Source: an uncultured Solirubrobacterales bacterium
Lineage (GTDB): Bacteria > Actinomycetota > Thermoleophilia > Solirubrobacterales > 70-9
Length of the DNA: 64,000 nucleotides
Direction of reading: 5' to 3'
NCBI GenBank assembly: GCA_963696185.1
Contig: OY968825.1
Location: forward strand, 1,244,412 to 1,308,411
Shown: positions 29,350-41,084 of the stretch, piece by piece
Numbering within the stretch: the first letter of the stretch is position 1
Layout: the number at the start of each line of letters is the position of its first letter
Made by a program: the position numbers and the translations under genes
The notes under the pieces: model-generated
What the model saw: only the letters and a program-made list of their open reading frames with translations
The model's database searches: none
What the model was told of the DNA's origin: nothing

Positions 29350-32199
29350 TCATCGGGTGAGCCGCTCGAGCAGGAAGACGATCGACTCGTAGGGGGCGCC
29401 GGTGGCGCGGCTGAGGCCGATCTCGCAGGTGCGGTTGCTGGAGAGGTGGGCGTCGAAGTCGCGGCCGGCCAGCTCGGCGGCCTGCGGACTGGTGGCCGCG
29501 GCGGTCAGCTCGGGGTGGGAGATGCCGCGGTCGCCGGCGAAGCCGCAGCAGGTCGCCGTGGGGGCGACGTAGACATCCTCCGCGAGGGCGCCGGCGAGCG
29601 ATTCGAGCCGTGCCGCCAGGCCGAGCTGGCGCGTGGCGCAGGTGGGGTGGACTGTGGCCGAGCCGATCTTGCGGGGGATCTGGAGCCGCGGCAGCAGGCG
29701 GCCGTGGGCCCAGGCGACCGAGTCGATTATCTCCAGCCCGCCGAGCCGCTCGGCGTTGCGCCTCGGAGAGGACGCCCTGGCCGGCCTCGGGCGCGCCCTC
29801 GCCGAGCCCGGTCAGAGCCTGTGTGCACGAGGCGGCGTCGATCAGGACCGGCAGCGCTCCCTCGGCGCTCCAGCTCCCAGAGCCGCTCGATCAGCTCGTT
29901 CGCCTTGTGGCGGTGCGCATCGGCGAAGCCCTTCGAGCTCCAGGGCAGCCCGCAGCAGCTGCCGGCGACGCCGTCGGGGATCCAGAGCGGCAGGCCGGCA
30001 CGGTGCGAGACGGCGACCATGCGCCTCGATCGGAGAGCGGCCGAAGATCCGGTTGGTGCAGGAGGGGACGTAGACGGCTGCGGCGCCCTCGCGCGAGGTC
30101 GCCGGCAACGACCCGGAGGCGGCGCCCGGCAGCCCACTGCCGCGCTGCGTCCGCCGCGCCAGCGGCCCGCCGACCCGCAGCGCCGCGCGCGAGGCCGCCT
30201 CGACCGCGCCCCAGCGCTTCGCGGCAGAGAGCGCGATCGCCTCGGCGCGTCGACGTGTGGCGAGCCGCCCGCAGCTCCTTGACGAGGCTGCCGGTGTCGA
30301 TCCCGAGTGGGCAGGCGAGCTCGGCAGGAGCCGTCGACGGCGCAGGTGTCGAGCGAGTCGTAGCCGTACTCCTCGAGCAGCGCCCGCTGCACGGGGTGAG
30401 CCCGGCGGCTGGCGCGCGATCTCGCGCCGCAGCACGATCCGCTGCCGCGGCGTCGTCGTCAGGTCGCGGCTCGGGCAGACCGGCTCGCAGAAGCCGCACT
30501 CGACGCAGGTCGTCGCCGACTCCTCGATCGGCGGCGTCGTTTTCAGGTTGCGCAGGTGGGCGCCGGCGTCGCGGTTGAGCAGGACGCCGGGAGCGAGCAC
30601 GCCGTCGGGGTCGGCGAGCCGCTTCACCCGCCACATCAGCTCGGTCGCCTTCTGCCCCCACTCGCGCTCCACGTAGGGGGCCATGTTGATCCCGGTGCCG
30701 TGCTCGGCCTTCAGCGAGCCGTCGTACTTGCCGACGATCAGCTCGACCAGCTTCGCCATGAAGGCCTCATAGCGATCGACGTCCTCCTGCTTGGCGAAGT
30801 CGGGCGTGAGCATGAAGTGCAGGTTCCCGGCCGAGGCGTGGCCGGCGACGCCGGGCAGGAAGCCGTGCTCGGCGAGCAGCGCCTGCAGGTCGCGGGCGCC
30901 CTCGGCGATCCGCTCGGGCGGCACGCAGACGTCCTCGACGATCAGCGCCGTGCCGGGCAGGCGCAGCCGCCCGACCAGGCCGTGCAGCCCCTCGCGCACC
31001 CGCCAGGCCAACTCGATCTCCTCCGCCTCGCGGGTGAAGCTCGACCGGGCGGATCGTCTCGTGGGAGGCGAGGATCTCCATGACGCCGCGCGACGTCGGC
31101 GTCGAGCTCCGTCGTCGGTCGCGCCCGCCGAACTCGACCAGCAGCACCGCCGACTCGGGCGGCAGCTCCTTCCACTCCTCGCGGCGCGCCGACCATGTTC
31201 CAGGCGGCGGTGATCAGCGCCGGGGCGACCATCAGCTCGACCGCGCTGGCGCCGGCGCTCGACCAGGTCGCGCACCGGGGCGACCGCATGCGTCGATGTC
31301 CGGGGAAGTGGACCCAGGCGGTGGTGGTGCGGGCGGGCAGCGGCAGCGGTCTCGAAGACGGCCTCGGCGACGAAGGCGAGCGTTCCCTCCGAGCCGACCA
31401 CGAGGCGGCGGAAGATCTCCAGCGGCTCCTCGGCGTCGAGGAAGGCGCAGAGCCGGTAGCCGGTCGTGTTCTTGATCTCGAACTTGCGCCGGATCCGCTC
31501 GCTCAGCTCGGCGTCGGCGCGGATCTCGTCGCGGATCGCCGCGAGGCCCGGCGCCAGCTCCGGCTCCGCCGCGGCGAAGCGCTCGGCGGCGCCCGGCGCG
31601 GCGGTGTCGATCGTCGTGCCGGAGGGCAGCACGAGGGTCATCGAGCGGACGGTCGAGTAGGAGTCGTGGACGACCCCGCAGCGCATCCCGCCCGAGTTGT
31701 TGGCGATCACGCCGCCGACCGTGGCGATGTCGGTGCTGGCCGGGTCGGGGCCGAGCTTGCGGCCGTGCGGGGCGAGCACGCGGTTGGCGTGGCCGAGGAT
31801 CGTGCCCGGCTTGACCCGCGCCAGCGCTCCCCCGTCCTCCACCGCGACGCCGCCGAAGTGGCGGCGCACGTCGACCAGGATGCCGTCGCTCTGGCCCTGG
31901 CCGTTGAGGCTGGTGCCGCCGGCGCGGAAGGTGACCGGGACGCCGGCGCGGCGGCCGTAGGCGAGGAGCTTGGCGACGTCGCCGGCGTCGCGCGCCATCA
32001 CCACCGCCTTCGGCAGCAGCCGGTAGGGGCTGGCGTCGGAGGCGTAGCGGACGATGTCGCTCGCCCGCCCGAGCACCCGGTCGGCGCCGAGCAGCTCCTC
32101 CAGCTCGCGGCGCAGCGGCTGCGGCGCGCCGGCGGCGAGCTCGTCCGGGGCGCGGTCGGGGGCGGCGGCGGTCGATCGCACGCCGCGGCGACTGGTCAC
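29350..32199 (-). pseudogene. FAD-binding (PCMH-type) plus 4Fe-4S plus CCG-domain oxidoreductase (D-lactate/glycolate/2-hydroxyacid dehydrogenase-like, about 950 aa), several apparent frameshifts
   Basis: ORF 29842..32199 (GTG start; FRAGGTSLNGQGQ, VGGVIANNSGGMRCG, AGNLHFML, CVECGFCEPVCPS). ORF 29727..30392 (GSCCGLPWSSKG). My translation of the end is ...HPTCATRQLG...ATCCGFAGDRGISHPELT...FLLERLTR* with the stop at 29350-29352. Length is divisible by 3. Confidence 0.8.
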
Positions 32200-32258
32200 T
32201 TAAGCGCAGAGGCGTTGCTCGACTACCATCGCGGGCGCCACGGTCGCATCCCGCCTCT

Positions 32259-33867
32259 TCAGAACAGCGACATCCCGGGCGCGACCGGGACTTCGACCAG
32301 CTCCGGCTTCGAGGAGGCAAGCGCCGTGGCCAGCGCGTCGCGCACCTCTTCGCGCCCGTTCGGCCCGGTGGGCGTTGACCCCGTAGCCCTCGGCGACCGC
32401 GGCGACGTCGAGGGCAGGCAGGTCGAGGCCGGGCGCCCCCTGCGACCTCCTCGACCTCGGCGAACCACTTGAGGATCGCGTACTCGGCGTTGCGCAGGAC
32501 GAGGAAGGTGACCGGCGCCTCGTAGGCGACGGCGCTCCAGAAGGCGGTGATCGCGTACTGGGCCGAGCCCTCGCCGAGCACGCAGACGACCGGGCGGTCG
32601 GGCTGGGCGAGCTGCACGCCGACCGAGGCGGCGAGGCCGAAGCCGAGCCCGCCGCCGGCCGCTGAAGTAGTAGCTGCCCGGCCGCGAGAGGCGCAGCTGG
32701 TTGCGCAGCGCGAGGGTGCTGCGAGGGCGACTCGAGCACGACGATGCCGTCCTCGGGGAAGACCTCGGCGAGGGCGGAGTGGACGGTGGAGGGGTTGAGC
32801 GGGTCGGCTCGGCCGGGATCTCCTGCGGGCCCGGGTTGGGCTCCGGGCACGGGCGGCGCGGACTCCGGCACCGCCTCCAGCAGCGCCTCCAGGGTCAGCT
32901 TCACGTCGGCGACGATCGCGTCGCCCATCGGGGCGCGGGCGGCCTCGTCGGGGTCGCTGGTGATCGCGACCAGCACCGCGCCCTCGGGCAGCAGCGGGCC
33001 GGGGATGTAGGGGTAGTAGGGGAAGACGGAGCTGCCGGCGACGAGGATCAGGTCGTGGCCCTCGAGCGTCTGGGCGACCGGGCCGATCGCCGGCGGCAGG
33101 ACGCCGCGGAAGTTGGGATGGCTCTCGGGGAAGCCGAGCCGGCCGCCGCCCGGCGCCGGCGTCGCCCAGACCGGCAGGCGCTGGCGCTCGGCGAGCGCGA
33201 CCGCCGCGTCCCAGCCGCCGGCTCGCGTCGATGTCGGGGCCGGCGACCAGCACCGGGTTGCTCGCCGCGTCGAGGCGCTCGGCGAGCGCGCGGACCGCCT
33301 CCGGGTCGGCCTGGCGCGGCCGTTGACGCGTCCGCTCGATCGCGGCTCGCGGGCGGCGGCCTCGTCGACCTCGGCGTACCAGTCGTCCATCGGCATCGAG
33401 ACGAAGACCGGGCCGCGCGGCGGCAGCGAGGCGAGGTGGGCGCCGCGCGCCAGGGCCAGCGGCACGTCCTCGGCCCGCGGCGGCTCGTAGGACCACTTGA
33501 CGAGCGGGTGGGGCATGCGGGTCGCGTCGCGGTTGGTGAGGTTCGCCTGGAGGGTGATCTGCGCGCGCACCTGCTGGCCGGCGGTGATCAGCAGCGGCGA
33601 GTGGTTGGCCTGGGCGTTGAAGATCGCCCCCATCGCGTTGCCGACCCCGGGCGCGGTGTGGAGGTTGACCAGGGTCGTGCGGCCGGAGGCCTGCGCGTAG
33701 CCGTCCGCCATCCCCACCACGACCGCCTCCTGGAGGCCGAGCACGTAGCGGAAGTCGTCGGGGAAGTCGGCGAGCATCGGCAGCTCGGTCGAGCCCGGGT
33801 TGCCGAACATCGTCGTCATCCCGTGCGCGCGGAAGAGGTCGAAGCTGGCGTCGCGAACCGTCGGCAT
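32259..33867 (-). pseudogene. Thiamine-diphosphate enzyme, benzoylformate decarboxylase-like (MdlC family), apparent frameshifts
   Basis: The N-terminus of ORF 32200..33867, MPTVRDASFDLFRAHGMTTMFGNPGSTELPMLADFPDDFRYVLGLQEAVVVGMADGYAQASGR...LVKWSYEP, closely parallels the P. putida BFD N-terminus as I recall it. The C-terminal end is in ORF 32259..32468 (...ELVEVPVAPGMSLF*). Confidence 0.7.
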
Positions 33868-33938
33868 GCGAGCCGCAACCCTACCGCGCCCCCGCGGGCC
33901 TCAAGCCGAGTCCGTGGCGCCGTCGATAAGCGAAGAAC

Positions 33939-34688
33939 GTGGAACCGTCGACCCGAGACAACGGCAGGCGAGGATCGCGAGGGGGCGGCAGCGCCCGCTC
34001 GGTCGCCTTCGCGCTCGCCGTCCTCGCCGCGGCGGCGCTCGCCTCGAGCTGGGCGGCGGCCCCGGCGAGCGCCGGCCCCGCCTCGACCCGCGTCGTCCAC
34101 GCGAAGGGGGCGATCGTGCCGATCCCGGCGGCGATCCCCCACCAGGAAGGCGCGATGATCGACAGCCGCATCGTCCCCGACCTGCGCTGGATCGCCGCCC
34201 ACTTCCCGATCTACGTCAGCGAGGGCTACTCGGGGCCGCTGCCGAACGGCGGATACGCCGGCTGCCACGGCTGCCACGCCAGGCACTCCGACCACTACAA
34301 CGGGCTCGCCGTCGACATCGTGCCGCTGCACTGGAGCGGCAAATGCGACGCCAACTGGCGCGGCGTCACCCGGCTCGCGCACTGGGCCGAGCCGCGCCAG
34401 AACCAGCCCGTCCCGCCCTTCCGCTGGGTCGGCTACGAAGGCGACGCCGGCCACGGCTGCGGCAACCACCTCCACCTCTCCTGGGAACACGCGCCCGCGC
34501 CGCGCTTCCAGCTCGCCGAATGGGTCGACGTCTTCCCCGTCGGCCCCGAAACGGCGCCCGCTCCGCCGCCGCCGCAGCCCGAACGCAGGAAGCCGAAACG
34601 GCCGACGCGGAGGCCGAGGAAGCCGGCCGGTCAGACCGGAGGCGTCTCCCGGATCGAAAGCGGCGGCGTGTCGCCGCGGGGCGCTTGA
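33939..34688 (+). CDS. Secreted peptidase M15 / VanY-like (LAS-fold) zinc D,D-peptidase with basic Pro-rich tail
   Basis: ORF 33939..34688 (GTG start). Signal-like SVAFALAVLAAAALASSWAAAPASA. SDHYNGLAVD fits SxHxxGxAxD. Also GNHLHLSWEH. The tail is PPPPQPERRKPKRPTRRPRKP. Confidence 0.65.
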   Translation: MEPSTRDNGRRGSRGGGSARSVAFALAVLAAAALASSWAAAPASAGPASTRVVHAKGAIVPIPAAIPHQEGAMIDSRIVPDLRWIAAHFPIYVSEGYSGPLPNGGYAGCHGCHARHSDHYNGLAVDIVPLHWSGKCDANWRGVTRLAHWAEPRQNQPVPPFRWVGYEGDAGHGCGNHLHLSWEHAPAPRFQLAEWVDVFPVGPETAPAPPPPQPERRKPKRPTRRPRKPAGQTGGVSRIESGGVSPRGA

Positions 34689-34710
34689 GGGATACGCTGC
34701 CGAAAAAGAC

Positions 34711-36060
<1,350 letters not shown>

Positions 36061-36079
36061 AGCCAAGAACCCCCTCCGC

Positions 36080-36122
36080 GCGGTCGTCGTTTCATTCGCA
36101 TAGCGGTTGAAATGACGACCGC
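36080..36122. terminator. Hairpin between convergent genes: 15-nt arms GCGGTCGTCGTTTCA / TGAAATGACGACCGC, 13-nt loop
   Basis: Read directly; one G-T position in the stem. It lies between the fumC stop (36060) and the ALDH stop (36147). The right arm shares the 14-mer TGAAATGACGACCG with 56721-56734. Confidence 0.45.
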
Positions 36123-36146
36123 GGTGGTGTGGATGGGCGGTGCGGC

Positions 36147-37594
36147 TCAGCCCTGCAACGTTATGAGGCGCTCCTCGGTCAGCTCGAGCACCGCGTAGGC
36201 GGGCCCCTCGCGCGTGTTGCCCGAGTCCTTGACGCCGCCGTAGGGCATCTGGTCGGCGCGGAAGGTGGGAACCTCGTTGATCAGCACGCCGCCGAACTCC
36301 AGCGCCCGCGCCGCCTCCAGGGCGCGGCCGACGTCGCGGGTGAAGACGCCGGCCTGGAGGCCGAAGCTGGAGTCGTTGGCGAGCCGCAGCGCCTCGCCGA
36401 AGTCGGCGTAGCGGTCGATCGTCGCGACCGGGCCGAAGACCTCCTCGCACCAGACCTTCGCCTCGCGCGGCGGCGCGCCGAGCAGGGTCGGCGCCAGGCA
36501 GCGCCCCTCGTCGACCAGCTCGCCGCCGCGAGAGGAGCTCGGCGCCGCCGGCCACCGCCTCGTCTACCCACTGCTTGACCCGGTCGCGGTTCCCGGGCGT
36601 GATCAGCGGGCCGACGTCGGTCTCGGGGTCGAGCGGGTCGCCGACCCGCAGCGCCTCGACGTTGGCGACCAGTCGCTCCGTGAAGGCGTCGGCGACCTCC
36701 TCGTGGACGAGCACGCGCTGGATCGAGATGCAGCTCTGCCCGGCGTGGGAGAAGGCGTGCAGCTTGGCTTTGTCGGCGGCCGCCTCCCAGTCGCCGTCGG
36801 CGTGGACGATCAGCGGCGCGTTCGAGCCCAGCTCCAGGTTGACCTTCTTGTGGGGGACGCGGCCGCGGATGCCCCAGCCGACCTTGGCGGAGCCGGTGAA
36901 GCTGAGCGCCCTGGTCAGCTCGTGCTCGACGATCGCGTTGCCGACCTCCGAGCCGGGGCCCGGGACGACGCTGAGCCAGCCCGGCGGCAGCCCCGCCTCG
37001 GCCAGGATCGCGGCCAGCTTCAGGGCCGAGATCGGCGTCTGCCCGGCCGGCTTGAGGACGACCGCGTTGCCGGCCGGCGAGCGCCGGGCCGAGCTTGTGG
37101 GCGACGAGGTTGAGAGGGAAGTTGAAGGGGCTGATCGCGCCGACCACGCCGAAGGGGACGCGCAGCACCAAGCCGAGCTTGCCGGCGCCGGCCGTGGAGG
37201 CGTCCATCGGCACCGTCGAGCCGCTCAGCTTGCGCGCCTCGACCGCGGAGAAGGTGAGGGTGTCGGCGCAGCGGGCCGCCTCGACCCTCGCCGTCTTCAA
37301 TGGCTTGCCCGCCTCGGCGGCGATCGTCAGCGCCAGCTCGTCGATCCGGCCGGCGGCCAGCGCGGCGGCGCGGTCGAGCACCGCGGCCCGCTCGTGCCGG
37401 GGGAAGTCGCCCGCCTCGAAGGCCTGCTGCGCCGCCCGCGCGACGCGGTCGACAAGCGCGGAATCGCCCTCGGCCACGCGGCCCACCACGGTCCCGTCGT
37501 AGGGGCTGCGGACCTCGGCCCACGCGCCGGTCTCCACCCACTCGCCGGCTGCGAGCAGCTTGTGATCGACCGCCTTCAACGTCTCCGTCGCCAT
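36147..37594 (-). pseudogene. Aldehyde dehydrogenase family protein, several apparent frameshifts
   Basis: N-terminus in ORF 36281..37594 (MATETLKAV...VPFGVVGAISPFNFPLNLVAHKLGPALA). Middle in ORF 34366..36714 (LVHEEVADAFTERLVANVEALRVGDPLDPETDVGPLI). My translation of the end is MPYGGVKDSGNTREGPAYAVLELTEERLITLQG* with the stop at 36147-36149. Confidence 0.8.
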
Positions 37595-37674
37595 CGCCGA
37601 CCTCCTCTCGGTTCGCTTCTCCCAGGGTAGATGAAGGCCGCTACCCGCCAGCCGCGAAACTGTTGACCCGAGAG

Positions 37675-38859
37675 ATGCGCATCCGCCTCCCAGCCCTCCT
37701 CATCTTCCTCCTCCTCGCGCCCGCCGCCCAGGCGAGCGTGCGCTGGGTCGTCAAGGGGCACGGCTTCGGCCACGGCGTCGGGATGAGCCAGTACGGCGCC
37801 TACGGCTACGCCAGGCACGGCAAGGACTACCGGTTCATCCTCACCCATTACTACACGGGAACCTCGATCGGGCGGATGGGGGGCGCGCGGGTCGTCCGCG
37901 TGCTGCTCAGGGTCTCCGCGGGCGACGTCGGCTTCAGCGGCGCCGGCGCCGCCTGCGGCAGGTCGCTCAGCCCGGCCCGGGACTACCAGGCCCACCGCGG
38001 CGGCTCGGGGGTGACGCTGCGCAGCGCGACGGGACGTACGCTGGCCGCCTGCGGGCGCAGGCTGCGGGCCACGGGGAGGGGCAGGATCGAGATCGCCGGG
38101 GCCGGCGCCTATCGCGGCGCCCTCGAGGTGGTGCCGACCGCCAGCGACGCCGCCTCCCTCAACGTGATCGACGCGGTCCCGGTCGACCAGTACGTGAAGG
38201 GGGTGATCCCCAACGAGATGCCGCCCTCCTGGCCGCAGGCGGCGCTGCGCGCCCAGGCGGTGGCGGCGCGCTCCTTCGCGCTCAGCGTCAGCGTCGGCGG
38301 CAACGGCTTCGGCCTCTACGCCGACACCCGCAGCCAGGTCTACCGCGGCATCGCCAGCGAGACGGCGGCGACGAACGAGGCCGCGAGCGCGACCGCGGGT
38401 CAGGTCGTCACGTACGCCGGCAAGATCGCCCAGACCTACTTCTCGGCCTGCTCGGGCGGCCACACCGAGAGCGTCCAGGATGTCTTCTTCGGCCCCCCCG
38501 TCCCCTACCTGGTCGGCGTCCCCGACCCCTACGACTACTACTGCCCGCTGCACTCCTGGACGCTGCGCTTCTCGGAGTCGCGGATCAGCGCCAGGCTGGG
38601 CCCCTACCTCGACGGGCGGCTGAAGCGCATCGTCGTCACCAAGCGGGGCGCCTCGCCGCGCATCGTCTGGGCGCGGCTCTACGGGAGCGGCGGCACGACG
38701 AGGATCCGCGGCGATCAGCTGGAGTCGGCGCTGGGCGCCTACGACCGCTGGATGAGCTTCCAGGAGATCGTCAACGGCAAGGTGGTCGGTGGGGGCGCGG
38801 AAGAAACGGCGCCAACCCCGCCGCCCGGCGGGCCAGAAGGTGGAGTCGCCGGGGAATAG
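37675..38859 (+). CDS. SpoIID/LytB domain-containing protein (secreted, peptidoglycan-acting)
   Basis: In ORF 37300..38859 I prefer the ATG at 37675: MRIRLPALLIFLLLAPAAQASVRWVVKGHGFGHGVGMSQYGAYGYA (the GHGxGMSQxGA SpoIID motif). Later: YVKGVIPNEMP...ALRAQAVAARSF...YFSACSGGHTES. Confidence 0.8.
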   Translation: MRIRLPALLIFLLLAPAAQASVRWVVKGHGFGHGVGMSQYGAYGYARHGKDYRFILTHYYTGTSIGRMGGARVVRVLLRVSAGDVGFSGAGAACGRSLSPARDYQAHRGGSGVTLRSATGRTLAACGRRLRATGRGRIEIAGAGAYRGALEVVPTASDAASLNVIDAVPVDQYVKGVIPNEMPPSWPQAALRAQAVAARSFALSVSVGGNGFGLYADTRSQVYRGIASETAATNEAASATAGQVVTYAGKIAQTYFSACSGGHTESVQDVFFGPPVPYLVGVPDPYDYYCPLHSWTLRFSESRISARLGPYLDGRLKRIVVTKRGASPRIVWARLYGSGGTTRIRGDQLESALGAYDRWMSFQEIVNGKVVGGGAEETAPTPPPGGPEGGVAGE

Positions 38860-38864
38860 GGGCC

Positions 38865-38977
38865 GGGGGTCGCCTCGCCGGTGCCCATGTTCGCTTCGCT
38901 CACCAATTTGGTGCCGCTTCGCGGCAGGAATCACTCGCCGGTGCGCCGCTTCGCGAGGCACCGGCGAGGCGACCCCC
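38865..38977. repeat. 113-bp element with perfect 21-bp terminal inverted repeats and nested alternative pairings
   Basis: GGGGGTCGCCTCGCCGGTGCC (38865-38885) is the exact reverse complement of 38957-38977. Internal direct repeats: GCCGCTTCGCG (38914-24 and 38945-55) and CTCGCCGGTGC (38874-84 and 38934-44). Confidence 0.8.
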
Positions 38978-39009
38978 GACCCTCCTGAGGCGCCCCCGCC
39001 TCCTTGTGT

Positions 39010-39999
39010 TCAGCCGTCGGGATAGGGCTGGATCGGGATGCCGTGGTCGGTCTCGCGCATCCCGAACTCGTAGGCGGCGCCGGCGGAAAGGGTGAGCTGG
39101 CGGGGCGGACGGGCGGGCTGTTCGACCGTCAGCTCGAGGTCGGCGACGGAGCAGTTGACCGTGTTGTGCTCGGGGCCCTTGGGGTCGGCGTAGACCCAGC
39201 CGACGAAGTCCTTCTGCGGCGCCGAGACGCGGCCCCGCACGACGACGTCCTTGCCTGGGAGGACGAAGGAGCAGGCGGTGGGCGCCTCCCCGATCGAGGC
39301 GGAGCGGATCTTGCCGATGCCGCCGAGCCGGTGCGCCTCGCCGTCCAGCACCAGCATCCCCGAAGGCATCCAGGGCGTCGTCCGGCGGCCCAGCTTGACG
39401 CGGGCGGCGCCGGCGTCGAAGTAGGTGTCCGGCGAACCGTCGAAGCCCGTGCCCTCCAGCCAGACCCAGCGCTCGGCGTGCTCCGTGCCCCAGTTGTGGC
39501 CGATCATCCCCGGCCAGCCGGCCAGCTCGATCGCCTCACCGCCGACCTCGAGGCGACCGTCGAAGCGCGCGTTCGGGTAGGGCGCGACGAACTTGGTGCG
39601 CGGCACCGGCGCCTCGTAGAGCCAGTCGGCCGGCAGGTACTTGCAGGGCCTGGCGTCGCCGGCGAACGTGAAGTCCCAGGAGGCGCTGAGGGCGTCGGTC
39701 TCGATCGCGCCAGCCGCCCTGCCGGGGCCGATCTCGGCGCCGTCGACCCTGATCCAGGAGCCGGCCGGCGCCGACAGCTCGGCCGCGGGCACAGTGACCT
39801 TGGTCGCCCGCGGCCCCGCGGCGTCGCGGTCGAAGAGCACGAACCAGATCGATGCGTTCGGCTCGGCTCCCGGCCGCTTGTGCACCGTGTGCCGGATCCA
39901 GATCCCCTGCCCGCCCCCCGGCCGGCAGGCCTTGAGGTAGAAGCTCTCGTAGTGGCCGGCCTTCGCCGCCACCTGCGGAAACCTCGCCCCTTCCTCCAT
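39010..39999 (-). CDS. Hypothetical protein (329 aa, soluble, beta-rich appearance)
   Basis: ORF 39010..39999 is intact with normal composition (AGHYESFYLKA..., GWPGMIGHNWGTEHAERWVWLEG...). I do not recognise a family. Confidence 0.55.
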   Translation of the reverse strand: MEEGARFPQVAAKAGHYESFYLKACRPGGGQGIWIRHTVHKRPGAEPNASIWFVLFDRDAAGPRATKVTVPAAELSAPAGSWIRVDGAEIGPGRAAGAIETDALSASWDFTFAGDARPCKYLPADWLYEAPVPRTKFVAPYPNARFDGRLEVGGEAIELAGWPGMIGHNWGTEHAERWVWLEGTGFDGSPDTYFDAGAARVKLGRRTTPWMPSGMLVLDGEAHRLGGIGKIRSASIGEAPTACSFVLPGKDVVVRGRVSAPQKDFVGWVYADPKGPEHNTVNCSVADLELTVEQPARPPRQLTLSAGAAYEFGMRETDHGIPIQPYPDG

Positions 40000-40009
40000 G
40001 GCGCGGACG

Positions 40010-41084
40010 CTACACCTTGATCGTGATCACGTCGCCGTCCTGCACGACGTAGTCGCGGCCCTCGATGCGCAGCAGGCCCTTGTCGCGGGCGGGCGCGTAG
40101 CCGCCGCACTCGACCAGCGTCTCCCAGCCGACCACCTCGGCCTTGACGAAGGCGTCCTGGATCTCGGTGTGGATCGTCGCCGCCGCCTCCCAGGCGGTGG
40201 CGCCGCGCTTGATGGGCCGGGCGACCGCCTCCTTGCCCTCGCCGGCGGTGAAGAAGGTGATCAGGTCGAGCAGGTCGTAGGCGGCGCGGACGAGGCGCGC
40301 GAGACCCGAGCCCTCCAACCCGTAGGACGGCGCGCATCTCCTCGGCTTCGGCCGGGTCGAGCTCGGCCAGCTCGCCCTCGATCCGGGCGCTGACCGCGAC
40401 GACGCCGGCCTCCACCGCGGCGGCGTGGGCGGCGACCGCGGCGGGCGGCTCGGCGTCGCCCTCGTCGACGTTGGCGACGTAGAGGACCGGCTTCGAGGTC
40501 AGCGCCTGGAGGTTGCGGGCGGCATGGGGCGCGGCGTCGGGCAGCGGAACCGAGCGGGCCGGCCGGCCGGCCGCAAGCGCATCGCGCACCGCCTCCAGCC
40601 AGCCGCGCTCCGCGACCGCCTCCGCGTCGCCCGTCTTCGCCTGCTTGGCGACCCGTTCCAGCCGCCGCTCGACCTGCTCGTAGTCGGCGAGCACCAGCTC
40701 GGTCTCGATCGTCTCGATGTCGGCGAGCGGGTCGACCCGGCCGTCGGGGTGCGGGACGCCGGCGTCGGCGTGGCAGCGGACGACGTGGCAGATCGCGTCG
40801 GTCTCGCGGATCGAGGCGAGGAACCGGTTGCCGAGCCCCTCCCCTTCAGAGGCGCCCTTGACCAGGCCGGCGATGTCGTGGAAGGAGATCGTCGCCGGCA
40901 CCAGCTCCGAGCTGCCCACCGTCTGGGCCACCCGCTCCAGCCGCTCGTCGGGCACCTGGGCGATCGCCACGTTGGGCTCGATCGTCGTGAACGGGTAGTC
41001 CCCGATCTGCGCCCCGCCCTTGGTCAGCGCGTTGAAGAGGGTCGACTTGCCGGCGTTCGGCAGCCCGACGATCCCGACCTTCAT
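40010..41084 (-). pseudogene. ychF: Redox-regulated ribosome-binding ATPase YchF, one apparent frameshift near 40320-40330
   Basis: From ATG at the complement of 41082-41084: MKVGIVGLPNAGKSTLFNALT...DIAGLVKGASEGEGLGNRFL (inside ORF 39504..41603). The C-terminus is in ORF 40010..40318 (ITFFTAGEGKE...AFVKAEVV...RIEGRDYVVQDGDVITIKV*). Confidence 0.85.

Noticed and set aside
38865-38977. The repeat-rich 113-bp element as a mini CRISPR array.
   Set aside because: There is only one pair of inverted arms plus short internal direct repeats at irregular spacing. There is no repeat-spacer periodicity and no cas genes in the window.
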